The translations under genes and the position numbers were made by a program. 64,000 nt of DNA. It comes from Candidatus Bathyarchaeota archaeon. GTDB taxonomy: Archaea > Thermoproteota > Bathyarchaeia > 40CM-2-53-6. Below, piece by piece: positions 9,884 to 19,144 of the stretch. Numbering within the stretch: the stretch's first letter is position 1; the number at the start of each line of letters is the position of its first letter. The notes below the pieces were generated by a model, which was given only the letters and a program-made list of their open reading frames with translations, was not told the origin of the DNA and did no database searches. The stretch spans positions 416,001-480,000 of the forward strand of contig CAVTBR010000002.1 of the NCBI GenBank assembly GCA_963733055.1. Direction: 5' to 3'.

Positions 9884-9901
9884 CTTAAGTAGAGTGTACA
9901 C
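9884..9901 (-). promoter_or_regulatory. promoter motif copy 2: GTGTACAC-TCTA-CTTAAG
   Basis: perfect palindrome GTGTACAC 4 bp upstream of a TATA-like box. Confidence 0.55.
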
Positions 9902-9986
9902 AGTGAAGTGCAGAGTCTTGCTAATTTTCAGAAGTGAAAAACAGCGTGATGAAGACTGCCGGCATCATCCGTGTATGCGCCGAGGT

Positions 9987-10130
9987 CTACTTCGCGTATT
10001 TCTGTGGGTTCTTGTCGAACTGTTGTTTGCAAGCTGCTGAACAGAAGTAGATGGTCTTGCCCTCGTTCGTGCTCGTATACTTCGCGTCCTTCTCAGCTAC
10101 ATTCATTTTACAGATTGGATCTACGGCCAT
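9987..10130 (-). CDS. stand-alone YHS/TRASH-domain metallochaperone (47 aa, not in ORF track)
   Basis: manual translation MAVDPICKMNVAEKDAKYTSTNEGKTIYFCSAACKQQFDKNPQKYAK; DPxCxM and YFCSxxC motifs. Confidence 0.9.
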   Translation of the reverse strand: MAVDPICKMNVAEKDAKYTSTNEGKTIYFCSAACKQQFDKNPQKYAK

Positions 10131-10193
10131 CAAACTCATTTCCAACTCTTTACTCGATATTCTTCTATCTAAGGGCTTTCCTACAACTTTAAC

Positions 10194-10769
10194 TTGACAT
10201 CCATTCCAACCATTTTCGCGAGGAACCCAGAAACGATGCCAACCCCTGGAAAAACCAGGCCGAGAACCGTACCCAAATCCTTCCGAATAGACGAATCCGC
10301 ATCAGCGGCCGTCGAAAAGGAAGCAAATGCGCGAAACGTTAGCTCCAACACTCTCGTTAACCAGATTCTCAAACAATTCACGGAGTTCGATAGGTTCGCA
10401 GGACAGATCAATACTGTCAAAGTTAGTAGCTCTGTTTTCAGAAGTCTTCTCGAGCATGTAGACTCGGACAAGTTAGTTGAGGTCGCCAAAGCCGCGGGAA
10501 GTAGCATTCCCCAAGCGTTTGCAATATCGAAAAGTGGTAAAGTTGAAGTGAATTCCCTTTTGGATTATGTTCGTTGCTCAGCGATGTACGCCCACCTGTT
10601 TGAGTTCAACGAAACCGTTGACTCACGAACCCACCTAGTTACCCTCGTTCATGATTTTGGGTTGAACTGGTCCATCTTCCTCGTACATTACTTAACCGCG
10701 ATGTTTCAACAAATAGGAATCTCTCCTAAACAGGAGATGAGCGACCGTTCGGTCACGTTCACATTTTGA
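10194..10769 (+). CDS. ribbon-helix-helix regulator with C-terminal ligand-binding-like domain
   Basis: SFRIDE..EKEANARNVSSNTLVNQIL RHH pattern; C-terminal HDFGLNWS; start may be ATG 10236. Confidence 0.7.
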   Translation: MTSIPTIFARNPETMPTPGKTRPRTVPKSFRIDESASAAVEKEANARNVSSNTLVNQILKQFTEFDRFAGQINTVKVSSSVFRSLLEHVDSDKLVEVAKAAGSSIPQAFAISKSGKVEVNSLLDYVRCSAMYAHLFEFNETVDSRTHLVTLVHDFGLNWSIFLVHYLTAMFQQIGISPKQEMSDRSVTFTF

Positions 10770-10799
10770 GAGGGTGCTTGCAATACAGTGTGGTTCTCT

Positions 10800-10817
10800 G
10801 CGCACGCCTCCCTTAAG
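10800..10817 (+). promoter_or_regulatory. promoter motif copy 3: GCGCACGC-CTCC-CTTAAG
   Basis: upstream of copZ-copA, same 4-bp spacing. Confidence 0.45.
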
Positions 10818-10850
10818 TCGGCCGTCGGGCTAACCCCGTACGGGTCACTT

Positions 10851-11126
10851 ATGAGCCAAACTCAGAAGACCATGGGGGAAGCAATTTTCTCACTTGACAC
10901 TCTGGGTTGCACTCATTGCGCCTCAATCATGAAAGCTGAGCTGAGACAGATGACGGGTGTACTTAGCGTTGAGCTGAATAACGTCGCAGGTACCCTTCGA
11001 GTGAACTTTGATCCCTCTGAGACTACGAGCGAGGCAATCCGCTACTCTTTGAAGGAGCTGTGTGGAGAAGTTAAGCCGACGACTCAGGTTAGCAGAAGGC
11101 ATCCGAAAGCGCGGAGAGTCAGCTAA
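10851..11126 (+). CDS. HMA-domain copper chaperone (CopZ-like)
   Basis: LGCTHCA metal motif, GVLSVE..VNFDP; ATG 10851 lies after the TATA box. Confidence 0.8.
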   Translation: MSQTQKTMGEAIFSLDTLGCTHCASIMKAELRQMTGVLSVELNNVAGTLRVNFDPSETTSEAIRYSLKELCGEVKPTTQVSRRHPKARRVS

Positions 11127-11137
11127 GGGAAAGTCGA

Positions 11138-13210
11138 ATGGCTAAAGACCCCATCTGCGGCATGTTCGTAGACGACGAGACCGCAACCATTACTCGGACA
11201 ATCCGTGGGACCAAGTGGTATTTCTGCAGCGAAACATGCGCCATGACTTTTGAGAAGCCCGAAGCCGAACTGAAGCGGCTCAAGCGTTTGGCAACCGTTG
11301 GCGCGATCCTTGCCGTACCGGCGCTCCTGTTCACTTGGCTGCCAATAATTCCGAACGCTTGGAACAACTACTTGCTCTTTCTTCTCGCGACACCTGTCCA
11401 GTTTGTTGTAGGTTGGCGTTTCTACAGAGGTGCTTACGACGCTCTCAGGAACAAGATGGGCAACATGGACGTTTTGATCGCCATTGGCACGAGCGCTGCT
11501 TGGGCATACAGCACCGTAGTCACCTTCCTGCCCTCCTTCTTCCATACCACTGGCGTCTATTTCGATACGGCTGCAATTATCATAACGCTAATCCTGTTAG
11601 GGAACCTGTTGGAATACCGCACCAAACGAAAAGCCTCTGAGGCAGTTCGGGTACTCCTCGACTTGCAGCCGAGGATGGCGCACGTCCTCCGCGATGGAAA
11701 TGAGATTGAGGTTCCAGTTGAGTCTGTGAAGGTTGAGGATATTCTATTCGTTCGTCCCGGCGAACGAATTCCCGTCGATGGGGTGGTCGTTGAAGGCCAC
11801 TCAGCCGTGGATCAATCGGCGATCACGGGAGAAAGCATTCCAGTTGAAAAGGGTCCTGGAGACGAGGTGATTGGGGCGACGATCAACACCTCCGGCTTGC
11901 TCAAGGTTCGTGCGTCGAAGGTAGGGGCCGACACTCTTCTTTCAAAGATCGTTCAATTGGTTGAAGAGGCACAGATGGCGCGGGCTCCCATCCAGCGCCT
12001 CGCGGATAGAGTTGCCGCCTACTTTGTTCCGGCAGTTATCCTGATCGCCCTCGGGGCAGGTCTCGGGTGGTTCTTTCTTGGGCAGTCATTGCTCGCCCTC
12101 CTTGTTTTCGTCTCGGTGATTGTAATCGCTTGTCCCTGCGCTCTTGGAATCGCAACTCCAGCCGCAATAATGGTGGGAACCGCCAAAGGTGCTCAAAATG
12201 GGATACTCATCAAGGGCGGTGAATACCTCGAGACAGCCCAAAAGGTAACAGCAATCGTGTTTGACAAGACCGGAACGCTGACTCGCGGTAAACCCTCAGT
12301 AACAGATGTAATACCAGTCGGAAGGCACACAAGACAAGAAATCTTTCAACTTGCGGCGTCAGCGGAGAAAGGGTCGGAACATCCACTTGGACGAGCAATA
12401 GTGAACGCTGCAATCGACGAGCACGTCAAGACCTCAGACGTTTCCTCCTTCAAAGCGGTTCCGGGAGAAGGAATCGTCGTTGAAAACGGTGGCCGTACAT
12501 TGCTCGTTGGAAATCGAAAGCTAATGGCACAACACAATGTGAGACTCGATCAAATTGAGACGTCCATCTCCAAGCTGGAGGAAGAAGGAAAAACCGTCAT
12601 GGTCGTGTCAACTGAGATTGAACCGCTTGGAGTAATCGGCCTTGCCGACACGCCCAAAGACGATGCTCTTGAAACGATAAGGGCGTTGCAGGACATGAAG
12701 ATCCAAGTCGTGATGCTGACAGGGGACAATGCACGAACCGCGAAGGCGGTTGCCAGCCAGTTGGGAATTGATAAGGTCGTTGCGGACGTTCTCCCTGAAC
12801 AAAAAGAGCAGGTGATCCGCGACCTACAAAAAGCGGGCAAAGTTGTTGGGATGGTCGGTGACGGAATAAATGATGCCCCAGCGCTGGCGGCTTCGGATAT
12901 TGGAATCGCTATCGGGAGCGGGACGGATGTAGCTGTCGAAACGGGGGGTATCGTTCTAGTGAAAAGCAAGTTGACAGATGTTGTGACGGCGATTAAACTC
13001 AGCAAGGCCACGGTTAGGAAGATCAAAGAGAACCTTTTCTGGGCTTTCTGCTACAACATAGCGCTGATACCGATCGCGGCAGGCGCGCTCGTACCCTTCC
13101 TCGGACAAAACTTCTACGAGATTATGCCCATCTTTGCGGGGGCCGCTATGGCCTTCAGCTCCGTGACAGTTGTTAGCAATTCTCTTCTGTTGAACCGATT
13201 CAAACCCTAA
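11138..13210 (+). CDS. copA: P1B-1 copper-exporting P-type ATPase with N-terminal YHS/TRASH domain
   Basis: [39 protein letters not shown] and MAFSS motifs. Confidence 0.95.
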   Translation: MAKDPICGMFVDDETATITRTIRGTKWYFCSETCAMTFEKPEAELKRLKRLATVGAILAVPALLFTWLPIIPNAWNNYLLFLLATPVQFVVGWRFYRGAYDALRNKMGNMDVLIAIGTSAAWAYSTVVTFLPSFFHTTGVYFDTAAIIITLILLGNLLEYRTKRKASEAVRVLLDLQPRMAHVLRDGNEIEVPVESVKVEDILFVRPGERIPVDGVVVEGHSAVDQSAITGESIPVEKGPGDEVIGATINTSGLLKVRASKVGADTLLSKIVQLVEEAQMARAPIQRLADRVAAYFVPAVILIALGAGLGWFFLGQSLLALLVFVSVIVIACPCALGIATPAAIMVGTAKGAQNGILIKGGEYLETAQKVTAIVFDKTGTLTRGKPSVTDVIPVGRHTRQEIFQLAASAEKGSEHPLGRAIVNAAIDEHVKTSDVSSFKAVPGEGIVVENGGRTLLVGNRKLMAQHNVRLDQIETSISKLEEEGKTVMVVSTEIEPLGVIGLADTPKDDALETIRALQDMKIQVVMLTGDNARTAKAVASQLGIDKVVADVLPEQKEQVIRDLQKAGKVVGMVGDGINDAPALAASDIGIAIGSGTDVAVETGGIVLVKSKLTDVVTAIKLSKATVRKIKENLFWAFCYNIALIPIAAGALVPFLGQNFYEIMPIFAGAAMAFSSVTVVSNSLLLNRFKP

Positions 13211-13278
13211 GATGAGATTTGACTTGGTAGGCAGTCCCCACCAAGTGGGATTTACTGTGTCAAGTTCTGAAGGTGGAG

Positions 13279-13527
13279 CTATTTTGGTGTCTGCCTTGAC
13301 AATTGGGAAATAGCGTTGCTAGTCTGCTGAATGTGCTGAACTGCTTCCTGGTTGCGTCGCATCTCTTTGAAGCGTTGGCCGTACACGATGGCAGCCACGG
13401 TACGGAAGTTAGCGAAGCTCTGTTTCAGCGCAGGGATTCTTGCGAGATGTCGGAAAACTGAGCGTGCTTCTACCCTAGAGCCCTGCATCTCACGATTCAA
13501 ATCTGTATTTTGTTCACACAACGTCAT
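13279..13527 (-). CDS. hypothetical protein
   Basis: 82-aa ATG ORF with AT-rich upstream region; no recognised motif. Confidence 0.35.
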   Translation of the reverse strand: MTLCEQNTDLNREMQGSRVEARSVFRHLARIPALKQSFANFRTVAAIVYGQRFKEMRRNQEAVQHIQQTSNAISQLSRQTPK

Positions 13528-13629
13528 ATTTTTCTCACACTAACGTACAGTTCTATTTAGTATTAAAATCTTGCGTTCAGCCAACCAAACCACAATCTCA
13601 TTCCCTTAACTCTATATGGAGAGAGGTGA

Positions 13630-14283
13630 GTGAATATTCATGACGGTGAAGGACCGATGAGAGCCTTCAAAGTAATCAGGGACCCAAAGGGTTTCGATGT
13701 CATAGGCGACAAAACGCGCAGAAGAATCGTCTACATCCTGAGGGCAAGGGATCTCTCAGTTAGCCAGATCGCTGACGAGTTGGAAGTAACACCCCAGGCA
13801 ATTTATCACCACATAAAGAAACTCCTAGAAACGGGCATGGTTGAAATAGCCAAAGAAGAACGAATAGGCCACTTCATCGAGACCTACTACCGAGCCTCCG
13901 CAGAAGTCTTCGAATTCCAATACGGCGAAGCCGCCAGCCAAAAACCCGGGGAGGCACAAGCGAAAGATGCAATTAAGGCACTCGAACGTGTGGGCATAGT
14001 TCTGAAAGCAGACGACGAAACCGTCTCAAAATACGTCAGGCTCATGATGAAGGTAGAATCAACGGGGTCCAATCCCGAGATCGAAGAGAAAATAGCCGAA
14101 ATGCCGGACATCGATCTTCTCTGCTCACAACACGCTAAAAAACTGGCTCGATCTCTCTCGATGACGGATAAGCAGTTCGAGGAAATGCAAGAACTAGAGA
14201 GAAAAGCAAGGGCACTGCTGAAGGCCAAACTCGTCGAACCTAAACAAGTCGCCCACAAACCATTGAACCCTGTAAACGTGTAA
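13630..14283 (+). CDS. ArsR-family HTH transcriptional regulator
   Basis: GDKTRRRIV..SVSQIADEL..PQAIYHHIKKLLETGMV..ETYY. Confidence 0.85.
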   Translation: MNIHDGEGPMRAFKVIRDPKGFDVIGDKTRRRIVYILRARDLSVSQIADELEVTPQAIYHHIKKLLETGMVEIAKEERIGHFIETYYRASAEVFEFQYGEAASQKPGEAQAKDAIKALERVGIVLKADDETVSKYVRLMMKVESTGSNPEIEEKIAEMPDIDLLCSQHAKKLARSLSMTDKQFEEMQELERKARALLKAKLVEPKQVAHKPLNPVNV

Positions 14284-14518
14284 AATTACTATATCCTAGC
14301 CAACTCCTTTGATCTATATGATTCTGAGCGGTTTCGGAAGCGCATCCATAACGGAACCCAATATCAACCATACTCCATTAGATTTTCATTTGGACCGTGC
14401 GTTGGCCGCATTGTCCGGCTGGATAAGCTGCTTGGTTGATGTAAATTCCAAGTTAAACGCTCAAATAGATTTGACGTGTTGAGTTTAGAGTCCATTTAGC
14501 CAACCAAGCCGAAACCTC

Positions 14519-14998
14519 ATGTCGTCGAGTGAGGTAAAAACCATGAAACGGGCTAAGTACATTCTAACAGCAGTTCTATTGATCGCTTTAACCGCGGTTG
14601 CATTTCAAATCTATTCAAGCAATTCGGTTGAACCGCAAACACTCTCAAGCCCATCCTTCGGGCCAGGACTCACTTCCCAACCAAACTATCCCAACCCATT
14701 ACCTCGAAACGTGACCCTAACCGGAGTCGTTACGTCATCCGTAGAGTCTCCTGCGTGCAAGTTGTCCAGTCCTCCGTGTGCGGTTGCCGACACCCCGTTG
14801 TACTACATTACCGTGAATGGATGGAATTACCGGCTGATCTTTTCAAACTCAACCAGAGTTCCGCTGAACCACGCCCGCATTATGGTTACCGGAGTCTTCG
14901 TCACTCCCTCCACCTACCAACCAGGTCAGTGGAGTCCTCAGATGAACTTCCACGGCGACATCTACGTCACAAGCTACTACTACCCATCTCCATACTAA
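14519..14998 (+). CDS. membrane-anchored or secreted hypothetical protein
   Basis: N-terminal TM helix, Pro/Ser linker, Cys pair, beta-rich C-terminus. Confidence 0.55.
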   Translation: MSSSEVKTMKRAKYILTAVLLIALTAVAFQIYSSNSVEPQTLSSPSFGPGLTSQPNYPNPLPRNVTLTGVVTSSVESPACKLSSPPCAVADTPLYYITVNGWNYRLIFSNSTRVPLNHARIMVTGVFVTPSTYQPGQWSPQMNFHGDIYVTSYYYPSPY

Positions 14999-15238
14999 CA
15001 ACCTCCGAACCAAATTCTCGTCGATGAGCACTGTTAGCAATACGCCTGAGACTGCAACCTAACTCCGTTTCGACCCCTCGGGCCAGGGTCAGCAGCTGTA
15101 TGCCGAATTCTCAGTCCCACCAAAAACCAGTAACTTAGACGTCATGGGTTTTCATTTTGCGCTTCGGCGGCATTCTGCGAGTCGCTGAAAATATAGAGCA
15201 CTATTTCTACCTCAGAAGGCATCACCTCTACGGGTTGG

Positions 15239-16000
15239 TTGATTTTGAGGATTGAAGGGCACACGGTATTGATCACTGGCGGTGCAACTGGCATTGGCTT
15301 CGCCTTGGCTGAAGCATTTGCGCGTGCTGGAAGCGAGGTCATCCTATGTGGGCGTCGCCGAACCAAATTGAAAGAAGCAAAATCGAAGATTCCAGCTGCG
15401 CACATAAGAAAGTGCGACGTGTCGGTGGAGTCTGAGAGACAAGAACTACTCCGTTGGAGCACGTCAACTTTTCCAGGTCTCGACATCCTAGTCAACAACG
15501 CCGGAATACAAAGACAGGTCGACTTCACCTCACCCAAGATCAGCGGGAGAGTTCCTCCTGCGGACAATGAACTCGCCATAAACCTAGAATCAACCATACG
15601 GCTTTGTGCATTGTTCGCGCCAAAATTCTTAGTGAAGAAAAGTGCGGCTATCGTGAACATCTCGTCAGGCCTCGCCTTCGTACCAATCGCAGAGATGCCC
15701 ATCTACTGCGCTACAAAAGCGGCAATCCATTCATTCACAACCTCCCTGCGCCACCAACTCAAGGACACGTCGGTAAGAGTGTTCGAGGCGATTCCGCCGA
15801 CGACCGACACGGAACTTGATGCAAGCTTCGCCGGCGAAGAAGAGCAGGCTTACCGCGGAATCAGCCCACAGGAAGTTGCGACAGCCATCATTGATGGACT
15901 AAAGGAGGACAGACAGGAAATAGTAATCGGACAAGCCCAACGCCTCCAGAAGGCGTCTATGCAAAACCCCGAACAAATCTTCAACCAATTAAACGACTAA
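15239..16000 (+). CDS. short-chain dehydrogenase/reductase (DltE-like)
   Basis: TGGATGIG, NNAG, SSG, YCATK. Confidence 0.9.
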   Translation: MILRIEGHTVLITGGATGIGFALAEAFARAGSEVILCGRRRTKLKEAKSKIPAAHIRKCDVSVESERQELLRWSTSTFPGLDILVNNAGIQRQVDFTSPKISGRVPPADNELAINLESTIRLCALFAPKFLVKKSAAIVNISSGLAFVPIAEMPIYCATKAAIHSFTTSLRHQLKDTSVRVFEAIPPTTDTELDASFAGEEEQAYRGISPQEVATAIIDGLKEDRQEIVIGQAQRLQKASMQNPEQIFNQLND

Positions 16001-16065
16001 ACCACGATCAGACTGCAGAAAGATCAGACTCCTTGTTTGAATAAAAAGCGCTTGGGATGGTCGCT

Positions 16066-18969
16066 CTAGGCTGATGATTTGCTGGGTTTCTTATGGCGTC
16101 GGTGTCCTCTTGTGACCTTGAGGGCCAGTAGACCCGTAGCCATTCCTATCAACACTGATTCGATGGGGAAACCGGGTACTGCGAGTTGAGGCGCATAGTT
16201 TGCCGTATACTCTGACGGTGCATTCACAGCGGTGGGCATCGCTACGTTTGAGCCGGTTGAGTTGCGCCAATTTGCGAATTGGAAGAACGACATTACGGTT
16301 TGGTTGGTGATTGGATTCAGTGTCTGACCTTGGTTGTACCAGACCGAATAAGGCTGGTTCGAGGCGATCTGATGGGTTTGGTTATTGACGTTTACCGTGA
16401 CGTATGTGGAGTTCGGAAGGCCTGCAACTTTGAACGTGATCTCGTATTGTGTAATCCACATTGCTGCTAAGTTCATGGGCTTGTTGGCGGATAGGGTGAA
16501 GTTCGCGTTTTTCCCCGAATAGTCACCGGTCCAACCAGCGAGAACCCTCCGTGTTTGATTATTGTAGCTGACTTGTGGTTGAACTGAAACCCTGGCTACA
16601 GATCCAGCATCGTACCAACCTGAGCCTTGAGGCGAACCGTAAGACGATGCAACTTGGATCAAGTATTGAACCTTCCAAATCGCCTGTAGGCGCGTAGGCG
16701 AGTTGACGTGAAATTGAAAGTTTGGAGCTTGAGAGAAAGAGGCGTTATTCCAGCCTATGAAGACCTCTCTGGTACCGTTCGAGAAGTCAACGACAGGCTG
16801 AACGGTCACATTTGCGGTGGTTCCGGCATTGTACCATCCCCCGCCTGAAGGCGATCCTGCTGGGGAGACGACTGTTAGATAATATTGCCATATCCAATTA
16901 GCCTGCAGAGTGAACGGCTTAGTCATAGTGATTGAGATAGAAGGCGACGTCGAGTTGTAGTCTCCGGACCAACTCGTGAAAACCAGCCTAGACCAGTTCG
17001 GGATCACATTCGAGGTGGCGTTGGCGTAGACCGTTGCGACGCCGTTCGCGGCATACCAGCCGCCGGGCGTCGTTGTTCCTCCGTTCTGGTTTATTGAGAG
17101 AAGATATTGAGTCGCGTAAACTGCTTGAAGTGTGACGTTCGAGGTCACGGTCAGCGTTCGTGGGTTGGATGATATTCCATCCGACCAGCCGGTGAATGCG
17201 TGTCGCACGCCCAGTGACGCGTTGATCAGGGATTGGATTTGAACGGTGACTTGTCCAGTTGTAACGCTTGCCACCAATTGTGTTGAGGTGAAATTGTATC
17301 GAACCCCGTTTATCAGCACCCAGATGCTGCTAGGGGACGTGACGTTCGCTGGGATGTTGATAGAGAGAGTGGGCCCTACGTTTACATTGAACGATTCGAC
17401 GTTGTTCGCTCTGCTTGGTTCATTTATCGTGTGGTTTGGGTCCAGGATTACTTGGAAGGTGTGAGTTCCGACCGTGGAAACCCACGTGAAGCTTGCCTGC
17501 GTCGATGACCCCGCAGCCACTTCCGCGACTTGTAGGTTCGTGAAGGCCTGTCCGTCGAGCGTTACTTGGACTGGGACGTTAGTTGCAGTCATGGTTCCGG
17601 TGTTTGAGATTTGTATGTTAATCGTTACCGTAGTGTTTGGGTTGATTATGACGAGTGGTTGGGTATTGATGCCGGTTATGGCGAGTTGAATGTACGCGGC
17701 GGTCTGGTTTTGGGGTGGAGGAGGAGGTTGACCACCGCCTCTATTCACCGTGACTTGGTACGAGTTTCCGTTCTCACCTGTCACCGTCACAGCCACATTG
17801 TTCGCGCTGTCGGTGAACGTTTGCCCCACCGTCCAAACAGCGTCGTTCAATTCGGCGACGCTGGGATGGCCATCTATCACGTGCACCTTGCCAACGACTA
17901 CGTTCTCATTTACAAGCGTGATTAGGACACCGACGGCTGGCAGGGCGGTGTCGGATCCGATCTGGGCTCTTACTTCGACCAAGTAATACTGGTTTGTCTG
18001 GGCGAGCGGTATCTTGATCGCGTGAATGTTGCTTGACGCGATTTCCGTCGGGTCGACCGTGTAAGTGGTTGTTGTTCGATCCAGGGCGGTAGCTAGGGTG
18101 GGGCCGCTGATGTACCCAAGTTGAATTTTGTCCCACGCAGTCATATGCGCGGGGCTTGATCCCTGCGGGTTCCCGTTCCACGCTCCCTTATCCATCAACT
18201 CCCATGGGCCGAGAATCGACGCCCCCGTGTTGGTGTTGTACAAGTCTGGTAGGCCGAGGTCGTGGCCGAATTCGAGGCAGTAGACGCCCCCGGGGACGGC
18301 TCCGTGGGCTTCCAGCTCTGGGACGATGCTGAACAAATCAATGGTTTTCGCTTTGGTTAGCACGTAAACGCCGCCCATGTACGTGACTGACCAAATATCG
18401 TTCTTTACCCCGCTTGATTCTTGGCCGTAGCCGGAATGGAGGAAGATGAAGTAATCGTACTTGCTGAAATCAACGTCCTTCTGCGCCAATGCTGAGGCGT
18501 CTTGAGCAAATTGGAATGACGTGTCCTGCCCGCTGCAGTCGGCGGAGTTAATCCCGTTGCAGCTCAATCCGTAATGTGATTCCGGGTACGGAAGCTTGTA
18601 CCACCCGTAAATGTCGCCTTGAACGGTCAATGCTCCATACGAAATCTCGTGGTAGTATGAAGCGACTGCTCCGAACCAATTCTGCTTTACTTGGGCGATG
18701 GTTAAGGTGGAGTTGATGTCGGGGAAGTCGGCCGCGATTACAAGGACGTGTATGACACCCGAGACTGGATGAGGCCAAGGGGCTCCGAATTGAGGTGGGG
18801 CGTAGCCGATAGCGGGATGCGGCAGTGATGGCGTCAGAGAGAGCGTAGATGTCGTCGCAGAATGAGTCGCATACACATTCACGTTCGGGAGCAGGGTTGG
18901 TATAATCAGAATTAGGAAAAACAGGATAGCGCCCGCTACTTTTGCTGCTGATCTTAACCGCATTTGCAC
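16066..18969 (-). CDS. M6 (immune inhibitor A-like) metalloprotease-family surface protein with CARDB-like and repeated beta domains and PGF-type anchor
   Basis: YYHEISYG, HSGYGQE, LEFGHDLGLPDLY, WELMDKGAWNG, YYLVEVR; GGWY repeats; tail VPGFPIES-TM-RRHKK. Confidence 0.85.
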   Translation of the reverse strand: MQMRLRSAAKVAGAILFFLILIIPTLLPNVNVYATHSATTSTLSLTPSLPHPAIGYAPPQFGAPWPHPVSGVIHVLVIAADFPDINSTLTIAQVKQNWFGAVASYYHEISYGALTVQGDIYGWYKLPYPESHYGLSCNGINSADCSGQDTSFQFAQDASALAQKDVDFSKYDYFIFLHSGYGQESSGVKNDIWSVTYMGGVYVLTKAKTIDLFSIVPELEAHGAVPGGVYCLEFGHDLGLPDLYNTNTGASILGPWELMDKGAWNGNPQGSSPAHMTAWDKIQLGYISGPTLATALDRTTTTYTVDPTEIASSNIHAIKIPLAQTNQYYLVEVRAQIGSDTALPAVGVLITLVNENVVVGKVHVIDGHPSVAELNDAVWTVGQTFTDSANNVAVTVTGENGNSYQVTVNRGGGQPPPPPQNQTAAYIQLAITGINTQPLVIINPNTTVTINIQISNTGTMTATNVPVQVTLDGQAFTNLQVAEVAAGSSTQASFTWVSTVGTHTFQVILDPNHTINEPSRANNVESFNVNVGPTLSINIPANVTSPSSIWVLINGVRYNFTSTQLVASVTTGQVTVQIQSLINASLGVRHAFTGWSDGISSNPRTLTVTSNVTLQAVYATQYLLSINQNGGTTTPGGWYAANGVATVYANATSNVIPNWSRLVFTSWSGDYNSTSPSISITMTKPFTLQANWIWQYYLTVVSPAGSPSGGGWYNAGTTANVTVQPVVDFSNGTREVFIGWNNASFSQAPNFQFHVNSPTRLQAIWKVQYLIQVASSYGSPQGSGWYDAGSVARVSVQPQVSYNNQTRRVLAGWTGDYSGKNANFTLSANKPMNLAAMWITQYEITFKVAGLPNSTYVTVNVNNQTHQIASNQPYSVWYNQGQTLNPITNQTVMSFFQFANWRNSTGSNVAMPTAVNAPSEYTANYAPQLAVPGFPIESVLIGMATGLLALKVTRGHRRHKKPSKSSA

Positions 18970-19144
18970 GCGACCAATCTTTGAGGGCTTGTCGCGAATT
19001 TTGATAAAGTGTTTAGACGCTAAGTCGAGTGTACGCTCAGAGATCCTTGGCGACTCTGATTAACAACAATCCCGCAACGTAACTGAAGCAAATCTATACC
19101 AGAACATACCCTACCTACCAAGACCCTTTCTACGACCCGTCGCA

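Noticed and set aside
13221-13266. Imperfect hairpin after copA (and a similar one near 40576-40598)
   Set aside because: Located between convergent genes, compatible with ordinary termination; too weak to call.
19019-19036. Fourth GYGNACRC-N4 site (GCGTACAC-TCGA-CTTAGC, minus) upstream of the M6 protease
   Set aside because: TATA part is a poor match and a better TTTATC box lies closer to the gene; could be chance.
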